From Flaccisagitta enflata (lineage: Eukaryota), in the NCBI GenBank assembly GCA_965153355.1, contig OZ231126.1, positions 30,070,001 through 30,134,000 on the forward strand: DNA of 64,000 bases, read 5' to 3'. This document shows positions 1-20,733 of this stretch, piece by piece. Numbering within the stretch: the first letter of the stretch is position 1; the number at the start of each line of letters is the position of its first letter. A program made the translations under genes and the position numbers. The notes under the pieces were generated by a model that worked only from the letters and a program-made list of their open reading frames with translations, did no database searches and was not told the origin of the DNA.

Positions 1-1240
1 GAATTTTTTTTTATTTGGTATACAAGTAAAGGGTACTAGATGAACAACCCCTGCAAAATTCAAATTATTTCTGAGGTCTGGTGTATGAGATATTAGCTTA
101 TTTATGTAGTAATATGTTACTAGGACTTAACCAATTTACATAGGTAGAGGGTAGTAAAACTATGTGATTTTTTTTTATTTGGTATACATGTAAAGGGTAT
201 TAGATGAACAACTCCTGCAAAATTCGAATTAATTCTGAGGTCTGGTGTATGAGATATTAGCTTATTTATGTATGTAGATATGTTACTAGTACTCCGGCGA
301 TTTATATAGAGGATTGGAGTTGATGAATATTTTACTTGCTCATTCATTACATTCTGTTTTTTATTTAGGTTTGTCATCATTGATTTCAAGATTCATCTTC
401 AACTACTGTCATCATCCTCAACTACTGTCATCATCCTCAACTACTGTCATCATCCTCAACTACTGTCATCATCCTCAACTACTGTCATCATCCTCAACTA
501 CTGTCATCATCCTCAACTACTGTCATCATCCTCAACTACTGTCATCATCCTCAACTACTGTCATCATCCTCAACTACTTTCATCATCTTCAACTACTGTC
601 ATCATCTTTTACTACTGTCATCATCTTCAATAACTGTCATCATCTTCAATTACTGTCATCATCTTCAACTACTGTAATCATCTTCAACTACTGTCATCAT
701 CTTCAACTACTGTCATCATCTTCAACTACTGTCATCATCTTCAACTACTGTCATCATCTTCAACTACTGTCATCATCTTCAACTACTGTCATCATCTTCA
801 ACTACTGTCATCATCTTCAACTACTGTCTTCATCTTCAACTACTGTCTTCATCTTCAACTACTGTCATCATCTTCAACTACTGTCATCATCTTCAACTAC
901 TGTCATCATCTTCAACTACTGTCATCATCTTCAACTACTGTCATCATCTTCAACTACTGTCATCATCTTCAAATTTGAAAATTTTTTTGAAAATTTTTTT
1001 GAAAAATTTTTTTGAAAAATTTTTTTGAAAATTTTTTTTGAAATTTGTTTTTGAAATTTTTTTTTGAAATTTTTTTTTTGATTTTTTTTTTAAATTAAAA
1101 AAAAACTTTATGAAGTTTTTTTTTCAGATTTTTTTTTCGTTTTTTTTTAGAAATTGATTTTTTGTCTTGTATCTTCTCGAGTCGCGTTTACGCGATGAGA
1201 AAGCTTCAAAAATTGCAGTCCCCAATCGGGGACTGCAATT
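1..1240. mobile_element. Partial Helentron/DINE-1-like element with ~150-bp tandem units, a 19-bp minisatellite and a terminal hairpin
   Basis: Units CTGCAAAATTCGAATT..CTGAGGTCTGGTGTATGAGATATTAGC at 51 and 215. Ends in the palindrome TTGCAGTCCCCAATCGGGGACTGCAA at ~1212-1238. Colinear with a second copy at ~13550-14630. Confidence 0.6.
392..970. repeat. 19-bp minisatellite (TCATCATCTTCAACTACTG)n
   Basis: About 30 head-to-tail copies. A shorter array sits in the related element at ~13935-14100. Confidence 0.95.
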
Positions 1241-1635
1241 GAGCTCTGCTTGGTGGCAAATGAAAGCTTTTTTGAAGCTCTTTACAACGGTCACCAATTT
1301 TCCTATGTTTCAATAATTTCTATGTATAGAAAATATCCAAAAGAAGCTGCTAGAATTTCAGAAACGGAAATCAATAATTTTTACCATAAAAATCAAAATG
1401 AATCATTTTACTCTTTCTGCTGTAAAATCTAAACGAATTGAGCTACAAAAGTCTGCTTGGTGGCATTAGATCGCATTTTTGCAGAGCTTTCTAATGGTCA
1501 CCAATTTTTTTATGTTTTTTTGAATAATCTGGCCACAATGTAAGAAAACGTGGCGGACTCTTAATTTGACCAAGATAGTACATATCTTAATTACTCTGAA
1601 TACCGATGTAATCCGCGCAATTCGTTTCTTCGTGA

Positions 1636-9066
<7,431 letters not shown>

Positions 9067-9095
9067 ACTGCGGTCTGCGAATGATCCGGGACTTA

Positions 9096-9101
9096 AATAA
9101 A
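9096..9101 (+). terminator. Candidate AATAAA polyadenylation signal of the ISWI gene
   Basis: AATAAA 30 nt after the stop codon. The actual 3' end is unknown and could be further downstream. Confidence 0.25.
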
Positions 9102-10258
9102 TTGATTTTTCGCGATTCATGGGGCGAGAGCTTCGTCTTCGAAATCTGTGTAAGATGAAGAAATATTACACCACGAGAAGATGCTGCCATTACCTGATTT
9201 ACTGTCCTCATATTGCCCAACCCTCACTCGTATGTCTCTTATGTGTCTCTATTTGTATCTTTCTTCATCCAAGACTTTCTCCTCTCAAACGTTGTTCACG
9301 CTAATTTTCATCATTTTTGACGACCCTTAAGCTTCACTCACTAGATGTTTCGTTAGATCGCTGTTAGCACATCATGTTACCTTAGATATGGTAGGATTAA
9401 AAAAAGAAAACCTTGTTTTGACATCCTAGTGAACGTGAAGCGTTAACTCTGTTTTTCTTGCAGCAAACATGATTTCTTTTGTCGCATTTTACATCACGAA
9501 ATCTGTCTTTTAATATTCCTTATACATTTGTAAAATGCAACTTGAGTTTTTACGCATTCCAATCTCATATCATTAATTTTATTTCTCGCCGCAGTTTCCA
9601 TGTATTACAAAAAGAAAACAAAATCCTTTCGTGGCTCGCTTCATTCTGTTGAATGTATTGACTTAGTTTGGAAACAATAATTCAAACTGGGAAATTTCCC
9701 AGTTCATGCTAGGTTCATGCTAGCGGCGTGGTGTGACTGGTGTCAGTGCACCAGTGGGTTTGAGAAAGCCGCAGGCCTGCCTAAGATCATTGACCAAGAT
9801 GTGAAAATGTAATTTTTGCATGAATTGACTGAGCTTGCCAGCAAGAATGGCAGTGTAGCAGCATGTAATCGAGGTAGCTTATTTGAACCGTCAGATATGA
9901 GAGTAAGAAGGAAAACTAATAGGGACTGAATAGAGGTTAAAACTCTCAGGCGGCGATGTTGCCTCGCAGGCGGCGATATTGCCTTTGTAGGTAATCGATT
10001 ATCATTGCCAATAGAATATATTTGCATGCCCACTCCATAGTGTACTCCCTCGCCGTCTGCTTTATCCGGTATCCACTACTTTTTTCAGGGTGTCTAAAAA
10101 CGCTGAAATTGATTTTCAACCCATAGTTGTTTTTCCTTTCCAAAAATGCTTTCAAAAGAGCCATTGCGCGACTTTCAAATTAATCGGGAATCATCGTTAG
10201 GGTGACTTTTAAGTTACTATAGAAATGTATGACCGACAAAATTTGTATTATGGAGATA

Positions 10259-10678
10259 CACGCTTTTCTTTTTATAAGAACACTGTTTATAAGAACATCA
10301 GCCTCAGATTTGGCCAAAAAATAAGAACATCTTAAGAACATGCTGAGCCTCAGATTTGAAGATAAGAATATAAGTTTTCAAAAAAGTAGTAAAATTAGAT
10401 AAAAAACCCTGAATGATGGATATTTTGATAATGCTTCCTAAAATGATAATTCATTATTTATTAAATATCAATCTTATATTTCTTTTTATTTAATGAAAAA
10501 ATTTTTTTTTCTACAATTGCTTAAAAAACAAACTTCTATATTAATATAGATATATAATTAAAGAGATCATCTAATTTAAAAATAAGAACATGTTAAGAAC
10601 GCTTGAGCCTCAGAGGCTGAAAATAAGAACGCTGAGGCTGACTTTAAAAGTCCATGTTCTTATAAAATGAAAAGCGTG
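10259..10678. mobile_element. TA-flanked MITE nested in an older inverted-repeat element (~10140-10780)
   Basis: TA|CACGCTTTTCTTTTTATAAGAACA ... TGTTCTTATAAAATGAAAAGCGTG|TA. Outer arms: AGCCATTGCGCGACTTTCA and TGAAAGTCGCGCAATGGCT. Confidence 0.8.
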
Positions 10679-13329
10679 TATTGACTGTAATGATAATCAA
10701 ATGCAAACTATAACCTCACCCAAACGGTGGTTCCTGATAGATATGAAAGTCGCGCAATGGCTGATTAGAAAGCATTTTTAGTCGCGTGTACGTGACTGTA
10801 CACCCCGCTCTGTCCGTCCGTCCATCCGTTGGTCTGTTTGTCCATCACACTTTTACTTTTTTTATCAATTTTATTTATTTAAGTCATTTAAAGTTATTTA
10901 AGAGTATACTGAGTCATTTTAACTTGTTTTGAATCAATCTGTAAGTCTCGCACGCGACTTATAGGTGTAAGCCTTGTTGCAAAGGAAAAATACTTATGCG
11001 GGGTGATGTTCAATTTTGGTTTTTTGGGGCAACCTGGCAAACTTAGTATCCATATCCACTTGCGCAATTCCTTCTATGGAATGAAACAAAAGCGCAAGGG
11101 CGTGGATCGAGCTTGTTGCATGTTTGGTCTATATGAGTCATTCATTACAAGATCTCTAAGAGGGGCAGTATCGGCGTTTTGCAAGCAATCCTTTTCCTCC
11201 GTAATTGTTCGAAACCCTCCTCGCGTATGATCTGATAGATATGAGACGCATCAATAACTTCATGTACATATATCTCTAGTACATATATCTCTAGTGGAGG
11301 TTCTCCACTTATGAAATAGCAAGTCACTAATCGGGGAAAAAGTCACACTTGATTATAGATTATAGATTGAATAGCAAGAACAAACAAGCAGTCAACCAGA
11401 CAGCATAAGATGCACTCACAAAAAACCTACATTGAAAAAAAATTCCCATTCACGACTTTTTTTTCAGTCGGCGATCAGTCGCCTTTATCGGTACTATCTA
11501 GGAAATAAATATACGGACAGCTGGAGTAAAGTTAGCCTTTTTACTCACTGAATGAAATATTTGATTAAACAAATCAATTTTTAGCCATTTTATAGTATAT
11601 CGATCTATTATGTGCTTCTGTTTGGATTTTTTTGTCCCCGACGAACAGTTTTCGTCGGTGGACTATGAGATAGCCTGTTTGTGCTAGTCTGTCTGTCTGT
11701 CTGTCTAGAACCTTCTCATATCTTTTGATCCAGACTTCAGAAGTTCATGAAACTTTACCAGTGTTATTATTATGTCAATGGAAGCTTGTGTACCAATTTT
11801 CAAAAAAATTCATTAACTTTTACTACCCTTTGCCTATTATTTTTGTAGTAATATTTAGCTGGGACTTAGGTGGTTTACATAGGTAGAGGGTAGTAAAGGT
11901 TTATGAATTTTTTTTTAATTTAGTATACAAGCAGAGGGTAGTAAATAAATTACCCCTGCAAAATTCGAATTAAATCTGAAGTCTGGTTTATGAGATATTA
12001 GCTTATTAATGTAGTAGTATGTTGCTAGGACTTAGGCAATTTACATAGGCAAAGGGTAGTAAAGGTATGTGAATTTTTTGTCCCCGACGAACGGTTTTCG
12101 TCGGTGACTATGAAGTAGCAGTGATGTGTAGTCTGTCTGTCTGTCTGTTTGTCTGTCTGTTTAAAACCCTTCATATTTTTGGAACCAGACTTCAGAATTT
12201 TATGAAACTTTGCTGGTGTTGTTTATAGGTCAATAGGAGGTTGTGCACCAATTTTCAAAAAAATTCATTAAAGTTTACTACCCTTTGCCTATTATTTTTG
12301 TAGTAATATTTAGCTGGGACTTAAGCATTTTACATAGGTAGAGGGTAGCAAAGGTTTATGAATTTTAGTAGTAAAGGTATGTGAATTTTTTTCTAATTTG
12401 GTACGCAAGTAGAGGGTAGTAAATAAATAACCCCTGCAAAATTCGAATTAAATCTGAAGTCTGGTTTATGAGATATTAGCTTATTTATGTAGTAATATGT
12501 TACTATGACTTAGGCAGTTCACATAGGCAAAAGGTAGCAAAGTTATGTGAATTCTTTTTGTCCTCGACGATCAGTTTACGTCGAGGACTATAACATAGCA
12601 CTGATCGTGTAGTAAGCCGTCTGTTTGTTGTGTCAACCCTTAAAATCTTGAGAACCACAACTCAGATGTTGATGAAACTTGGTCAGTGTTATTTTGAGGG
12701 CATTACTAACCTGTGTACCAACTTTCAACAACATTCATAAATATTTAATACCCTTTGCCTATTATATTTGTAGTAATATTAATTCCTGGACTTATGAAAT
12801 TTACATAGGGGAAGGGTAGTAAAGGTTCACCAATGTTGTTTAAACTTGTTTTGGAAGTTCATTGTAGTGATTAAAGCTCCCCTGCAAGATTTCGGATAAT
12901 TCTGAGTATTGGTTTAGAAGATATTAGGGTATTTTGCCAGTAATATTAATTCCTAGACTTGTGCAATTTACATAGGGGAAGGGTAGTAAAGAGTCACCAA
13001 TGTTGTTCAAACTTGTTGTGAAGGTTCATTGCATCAATTAAATATCCCCTGCAAGATTTCAGTAAATTCTGAGTATTGGTTAAGAAAATATAAGGGTATT
13101 TATGTATCTAGTAACATTATTTCCTGGACTATAGAATTTTTTTTTCGAAAAAAAAATTTTTTTTTTTTTTGAAGATTTTTTTTTTTGTTTGAAAAAAAAT
13201 TTTGTTTTTAATTTTTTTTTTTTTGAAAAAAAAAATTTTTTTTTTAATTTTTTTTTTTTTTTTTTTTTTTTTGAAAAAATTTTTTTTTTTTTCAAAAAAA
13301 TTTTTTTTTTTATTTAAAGGTATGCAATA

Positions 13330-13502
13330 AGTAGCCGGGTCAGACTGAGTAGCCGGGTCAGACTGAGTAGCCGGGTCAGACTGAGTAGCCAGGTCAGACT
13401 GAGTGGCCGGGTCAGACTGAGTGGCCGGGTCAGACTGAGTAGCCGGGTCAGACTGAGTAGCCGGGTCAGACTGAGTAGCCGGGTCAGACTGAGTAGCCGG
13501 GT
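13330..13502. repeat. 18-bp minisatellite (GTAGCCGGGTCAGACTGA)n
   Basis: About 9.5 tandem copies. Confidence 0.95.
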
Positions 13503-13694
13503 TGGACACCAAATAGACTACAGTCGAGGACTGTTGTTTTTAAGCTTTTTTAATTTGGTATACAAGTAAAGGATATTAATTGAAGTGCCCCTGCAAAATT
13601 CGAATTAAATCTGAAGTCTGGTTTATAAGATATTAGCTTATTAATGTAGTAATATGTTACCAGGACTTGGAGGATTGGAGTTGGAATTCTTTTA

Positions 13695-13871
13695 CAGTTA
13701 AACCCCGCAATAACGGATGTCAAGGGACCATTAGATTTTATTCACTATTGGCGGATTTCCCTTATAGCCAACATAGAAATTAAAAGAAACTGATATGAAA
13801 GGACCAAGTTCTTAGATTCATTATAAGCGGATTTCCGTTACTCTTGGATCCGTTATAGCGGGGTTTAACTG
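13695..13871. mobile_element. Short Tc1/mariner (pogo/Tigger-like) MITE
   Basis: TA|CAGTTAAACCCCGC ... GCGGGGTTTAACTG|TA. The empty site is seen in the sister repeat at ~331-340. Confidence 0.88.
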
Positions 13872-14945
13872 TACTTGCTCATTTATTACATTCTGATTTT
13901 TCTTTTGGTTTGCCATCATGGATTTCAAGATTCGTCTTCAACTACTGCCATCATCTTCAACTACTGTCATCATCTTCAACTACTGTCATCATCTTCAACT
14001 ACTGTCATCATCTTCAACTACTGTCATCATCTTCAACTACTGTCATCATCTTCAACTACTGTCTTCATCTTCAACTACTGTCTTCATCTACTGTCATCAT
14101 CAACTAGTAAATTTTTTTGAAAATTCTATTGAAGTTTTTTTTTGAAAATTTGTTTGAAAATTTTTTTAAAAAATTTTTGAAAATTTTTTTGAAAATTTTG
14201 AAAATTTTTGAAAATTTTTTAAAAATTTTTTTTTGAAATTTTTGAAATTTTTTTGAAATTTTTTTGAAATTTTTTGAAAATTTTTGAAAATTTTTTGAAA
14301 AATTTTTAAAATTTTTGAAATTTTTTGAAATTTTTGAAATTTTTTTGGAAAATTTTTTTGAAAATTTTTGAAAATTTTTTTGAAATTTTATTTTTATTTT
14401 TGAAAATATTTTTAGAATATTTTTTTTCATAGATTTTTGTTGTTATTATCATTCATTGTTGTCATCAACATCATCCACTATTGTTATCATTATCAAGTTT
14501 TGTCATCATTAAAACATTATTGAATATCTTTTTTTTCTCTTGAAATTGCTCTTGTCGTGTATCTCATCGAGTTGCGTTTACGCAACGAGAAAGCTTCAAA
14601 AATTACAGTCCCCAGTCGGGGACTGTAATTTTGAAGCTTTTTTCTAATTTGGTACACAAGTAAAAGATATTAATTGAACTGCCCCTGCAAAATTCAAATT
14701 AAATCTGAAGTCTGGTTTATAAGATATTAGCTTATTAATGTAGTAATATGTTACTAGGACTTAAGCAGTTTTCATAGGCAAAGGGTAGTAAAAGTTTATG
14801 AATTTTTTTAAAACTTAGTAAACAGGTAAATAATGTCAATTAAACAGCTCCTGCAAAATTCGATTTAAATCTGAAGTCTGGTTTATGAGATATAAACTTA
14901 TTTATGTAGTAATATATTACTGTTGTGGGAGCACACACACACACA

Positions 14946-14988
<43 letters not shown>

Positions 14989-15003
14989 GCACGCACGCAC
15001 GCA

Positions 15004-15043
<40 letters not shown>

Positions 15044-16086
15044 CACACTGTGTGTGTTTTTTCTTCCCGTGGACTGTTTTAAAAACAGATATTGCTAATA
15101 TTGCATAAAATAACTCATGCCATTCCTCTAAAAAAAGGTTTGCCGTCAAGGACTCCAAGGACCAAGGTTTGCCTTCTTGGACTTCAGTGTTTAATGTTCA
15201 AGGTGTGCCGTCATGGACTTTAAGGTATGCCGTCATGGACTTTAAGGTGTGTCGTCATGGACGTTAAGGTATGCCGTCATGGACTTTAAGGTAAGCCGTC
15301 ATGGACATTAAGGTATGCCGTCATGGACTGTAAGGTATGCATGCCATCATGGACATCAATTATTTTTTCAAAAAAAAATATTTTCAAAAAAAAAATTTTT
15401 TTTATTTTTGATTTTTTTTTTTGAAATATTTCTTTTTTTGAAAAATTTTTTTTTTTTGAAATTTTTTTTGTTTTTTTTTTCAAATTTTTTTTTTTTTTTT
15501 TTTTGAAATTTTTTTTTGGAAAACTGTTTTTTTTTTTGAAAATTTTTTTTTATGTTAAAAAAATTTTTTTTTGAAAAAATTTTTTTTTTGAAAAAAATTT
15601 TTTTTTGAAAATTTTTTTTTTGAAATTTTTATTTTGAAGCTTTTTATGGGATTGGTCCAAAATTTTTCAACTAAAACTAGCATATCCTTAATTTCTCTTA
15701 AAGTAACAAAAAATCATTAAATCAGTAATGTTTTCTTATGATGATGGATCATTTCAGAGCAATACATTAAAAATCAGCCTTCAAATTTTTCAATTATCAA
15801 TGAATTTGTGAAAAATGTGATCTAATGAGGCCAAGCAGGGTGGTTTTGGTCAATCCATTTGAATTTGAGAGCTCATTCAATGTAGATTGTTCATTCATGA
15901 TTTGAACTGAAATCCTCTAATGTAAAATTACAGATCTTCCTTAAAACGCTGCCATTTGAAAACGGATTGAGCCACTGAGCTGTGCTTGGTCTTGAATGGA
16001 AGATTTTTTGTCATAGTTTGTTGATCTGCTTTCATTTTTTTATCAGATAGGTTTAGGTACTACAATCATGGTTAGGTGTCCGTATA

Positions 16087-16261
16087 CAGTAGGACCCCGC
16101 CTCATCGGTCTCATTGGGACTGAAGATTTTTCACCTTTATTTTAGGATAACCTTTAAAGAGAGGTAAAATCACATTAAAAACTACCATTTAGGATCTAAA
16201 ATGTTGACTTTTATTGATGGGGAACCTTTAAAAGCGGGGCTGTTATTGCGGGGTTCCACTG
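16087..16261. mobile_element. Short Tc1/mariner-type MITE
   Basis: TA|CAGTAGGACCCCGC ... GCGGGGTTCCACTG|TA, ending 136 bp before the ATG at 16398. Confidence 0.8.
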
Positions 16262-16397
16262 TATTTATTTCCTAGATAGTATTATAAGCCTCCAAATCAA
16301 ACATAGACACCGAAATTTTATGGTCATTTTTGGCTGATACGCGTCACGTCAAGGAATAGGACAGACAATATTAGAATTTTCTCGCGCAACTGACTCG

Positions 16398-19271
16398 ATG
16401 GCTTCCAATCTAAGTGCCTCTTCCCTCCCAACTACCTCGTCGACTCATTTAACGACTCGGGATCAGATCCTCGTTACAATTTTAGCCGGAGTGCACGATC
16501 CCTTAAGCCCATTGTCAACGCTTCGTGGTATTCCGCATTTGGTGAAACTCATTTACCAGTTGGCCACCAACGAAATCTGGTGGAAGAAGTGCATCCGGTT
16601 TCCAGATGAGGAGACAGATCGACGAGTGTTGCAGCTGAAGCAGGGCAAATCGTGGGTCTTCGATCGCGAGAGACCAAATGAAAAGAAATGCAACGACAAT
16701 GACAAATTCCTGTTTTTCACCGAACTTGACGCGAGAAGCGTCGACGAACAGTGGGATCTTTTTTGGCCGCATTATGAAGACGCAGACGGCTCAGATGAAG
16801 ATGACGCGAATGAAAAAGATCCTGAAAAGGAAAGATTCAGGTAACAAGCGACACGGGGTCATAATATCGTTTCGGGCGGGTGGGCATGCTATCTCCATCT
16901 ATATTCTCCCATACCCATGCTTATTCACACACACACAGATAATCATAACTGCAGGATCAGAAATGCGCGTTTCCCCACTAATCGACTTGATTATCACGGA
17001 CGGACGAACAGACAAAGTCTCTTATACAGACGGAACACTAATTTAGCGTGTGGCGGCGCCAAAGGTTTTAGCCACCCCCCCTACAGCCAACATGACTTCA
17101 TCTATTTCGAAACTGAAACTGGTTTTGAGGATTTTGGGGATTTTGATGCGGCGCCACCGAGGCGATTTTTCAATTTTTATCTAGAACCCCCAAACATACC
17201 CCCTTTAACCCCAAAATGACTACCCCCTATGAGCCAAAAAATCGATGAAATTTTTTTTCTTGATTTTTGATCATTTTTTGGTTGATTAGTGTTATATGAT
17301 GTTTTTGCCCACTATATTTCATATTTTTTTGTTTTGTTGCAAAATTTTTCAGTAAAAAAGATATTTTTTGAATCTTAAATCTTATATTTTTAAATTTTCA
17401 AAATAAATTTTTTTGATAAAAAATTGCAAAATAACCCAAAAAAATATCATTGATAGTTGATACAGATATCATAAAACGCTATTCAACCAAAAAATGAACA
17501 AAAATCAAGAAAAAAAATTTCATCGATTTTTTGGCTCTTGGTGGGGTGGTCATTTTGGGATAAAGGGGGGTAGATTGGTGGGTTCTAGATAGAAATTCAA
17601 AAATCCCCTCGGTAGCGCCATATCAAATCCCCCAAAGTGCTCAAAACAACTTTCAGTTTGAAAATAAATGAAACCATACTGGCTGTAGGGGGGGTGGCTA
17701 AATTTGTGCTCCGTCTGTAGATGTGTGTCCGCAACTAAATTTGAAATTCAAGATTGGCATAATTTTCTTTTTCTCTTGGCATAATTTTCTTTTTCTCTTG
17801 GCTTCTGCATTCCTTGTTCGCATGCTCAGTTGTTATGTTACAGTACACTCCGAACAAACCCGACTGAAACTGGAGGATACATTTTTATTACCTTAACACC
17901 TCTCACATAATTAAACGAACTGGCAAAATGATCAAAATTGATGGAAATAATGTCTTCACAGGGTTGAAATTTGACACAGAGGGAGCTAAAACATAGTAAT
18001 TTTGCAAACTGGGGCAAAATTTTGTGCCTGGAAAAGTGCGTGGCTCTCAGAATGTGTTATGCCAAAAATCCAATGAAAGATTTTGACTGATTTTGACGGG
18101 GAGATTCTTGATGAAGAGACGACTTAAACCTATGGTTGGGGGATCGGTGATTCACCGCCGAAAAAACAGTGGAGTGAACGCCAATTTTCACCGATTCAGT
18201 GATTTGGATTTTCGGTTTTTCACTGTTCTTTCCTCCTATCCTTAAGCTGCTCTTTTCATCACATTTTTTCGCCGTCATGCAGAGGAAAAGCCTATGCTGG
18301 GACAATATTTTTGATTTTTGCAAAAAAAAAAAAAATCCTGCATAAATCCCTGATTTAGTAGTTGCCACAGTAACATGAAACAGTACCTCATCCCAGTGCA
18401 GTTTCATTCAGCACATCTTTTTTATTGCTTGCTAAGCAACTCTATAGGAGGGTGTGCCCCTTGGATTGTCTGCCTGTCCAGAGCGCAAAAACTTGTGTGA
18501 TGCAAAATTGACTGGTAAAGCAATTTCAAGCATTACTGCCCCTGCCATGCCACAATACAACCCCTGCCCACTCACATACTGCTCCTGCACATCTAAATTA
18601 CTGCCCCTGCCCACCCACAAGTGACAACAGATGAAATCATTATGAAAGCTAAGGCATGAACCATTACCCATTATAAAGAAATATAAGTAGTAAAGTAGGC
18701 TGTAAGGGGGGGCGCATCAATTTTGGTCCCTCAACACTTCTTATAATGGTTCCTTCTGTACTTGAAGGCCGCATATCTAGCCTTGTTTTACTCAGCTAGA
18801 TATTTGCCAACACTATTCAAAGTTTGTAATGCTGCATATATCTTATTCATTTTTACTATTTTTACTGTTTCTATTCGTCTTGCACTTCAATGGGAAAAAA
18901 GAAGAAGAATGTAATGGAAAAAAAAGTTTGAAGTTTAAAGAGGAGGAAGAAAAAGAAAACAAGCCCGACCGGGCAACGATGCGTCCGGGCTGTGTCTCAG
19001 CGTGTATTGATCATGTGACATATGTATGGAGTGACAAATGGACAAACAGACGGATGAGAAGACTCTCAAAACATGTTGGTCGATCATTTGTTTCAGTGTA
19101 GGATCTCATCGTGGCCAAAAACAGCCGAGAAACGCGTTTTTTGCACAGGCGTAACGGACGGACCGACGGACGGACGGACCGAAGGGACCGACGGACGGAC
19201 GGACGGACGGACGGACCGACGGACCGACCCTCTTATAGAGATGCGTTCCTGACGGACGCATCTAAAAAAAT

Positions 19272-19367
<96 letters not shown>

Positions 19368-20652
19368 TGACATCAAGAAACAGTTCAAGATATATGCAGT
19401 GTATACACTAAGGTAATTATGAAAAAATATTCTTTTTAGTCGCGTGCTACGCGACTCTATAAGCCACTTTTTGGTCGGTTGGTCCGTCGGTCAGTTGGTC
19501 CGTTGGTCCGTTGGTCGGTCCGTCACAAAACTGTTTTAAAGGCTTTTCAGAGCGTTTTCATGTCTCTGAATGGTAGAAAAGGAACTTTGTGGAGCAAACA
19601 GCTATTTCAAATGTCTTTTTGAGAAAAAAAATTGTTTGTCTGTCCATCTGCCCAACTTTTTTGAAAGTGCTGACGCACGCGACTTAGGTCTAATGACCTT
19701 GTTCATCTTTAAGCCATTGTGTCAGAGTTTGTGGGAACAGGCTAAAGGATTGTGCACAACATACACTAAGCTTGATCAGTTTTAGCTTGCAAGTGATGGG
19801 GATGCTGTAGTACAACAAGTGGCACGGGGTCACATTATCATTTTGGATGGGTGGGCAAGGGTATACAACCCCCATCCATACCCTCTCATACCCCATGCTC
19901 ACTCACACATACAAACATTTACAACTGTATCATCATAAATGCACATTTTCGCACCCTTAATATGAGCATGACCAACGGACCAATGGACCGACAAAACCTC
20001 TTATAGAAGTGCGTGTCTGCAACTAAAAATCACTGGAAAAAACGGAAAAAACGGTGGTGGAAATGGAAAATCGCCGAAAATCGGTGGTGATTGAAAATCC
20101 AAGTCACTCCCAACCTTACTTAAACCCCCTTAAAATTTACCATGAAAAAGGAAAAATAACATCGGTGCTCAGGTTCTTGTGTCATTAACAGACAAAAATG
20201 AGTCAACATTAACGAGATACAGTCAGTGGAAGCTGCAAAAAATATTGAAACCCCTTGTCAAACAGAATGATTATAGCAACAAATTTGAATCTAAGGTACA
20301 CCTAAACTTTGCATGATATCACATGAAGCTTTTTACAGCTATTGGTTGACCAGATTTGAAGTTTTTTTTTTTGTGGAACCCGCATGGAAATGATATGTTT
20401 TGAAATTAGAATTAACCTGGACTCCTGTTGTGGACTTTAAAACGCAATTATGGACAAGTTCTGATCCCAGTTCGCCTAATTTTGTGAGAGGTGTTAATTT
20501 TATTTCCCTAGCTTCATTTTTGGTGTCTTGGCTAATGAAAGGACGATTAATTTCTTGAACATATTTGGCGGTTAAAAGACCTAACTCATCACACCAATAA
20601 TTTATAAAGGCGGCTGATTGCCGGTCGCCGTAGGAAAAAAGTCGTAAATGCA

Positions 20653-20733
<81 letters not shown>

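Larger units (their letters stand above)
11630..15960. mobile_element. Cluster of nested Helentron/DINE-1-like (HINE) elements with ~150-bp satellite units and internal 18-, 19- and 22-bp minisatellites
   Basis: Three heads TTTTGTCC(C/T)CGACGA...TCGTCG followed by (CTGT)n-type repeats at ~11633, ~12078 and ~12558. Matching ends GTCGAGGAC (~13523) and CAGTCCCCAGTCGGGGACTG (~14606-14625). Insertions are in T-runs. The right boundary is approximate. Confidence 0.6.

Noticed and set aside
392-970. Regular short repeats as a CRISPR array, or the 233-aa ORF 314-1015 as a gene
   Set aside because: Units are head-to-tail with no unique spacers and no cas genes, in a eukaryotic context. The ORF is just the 19-bp unit read through three frames.
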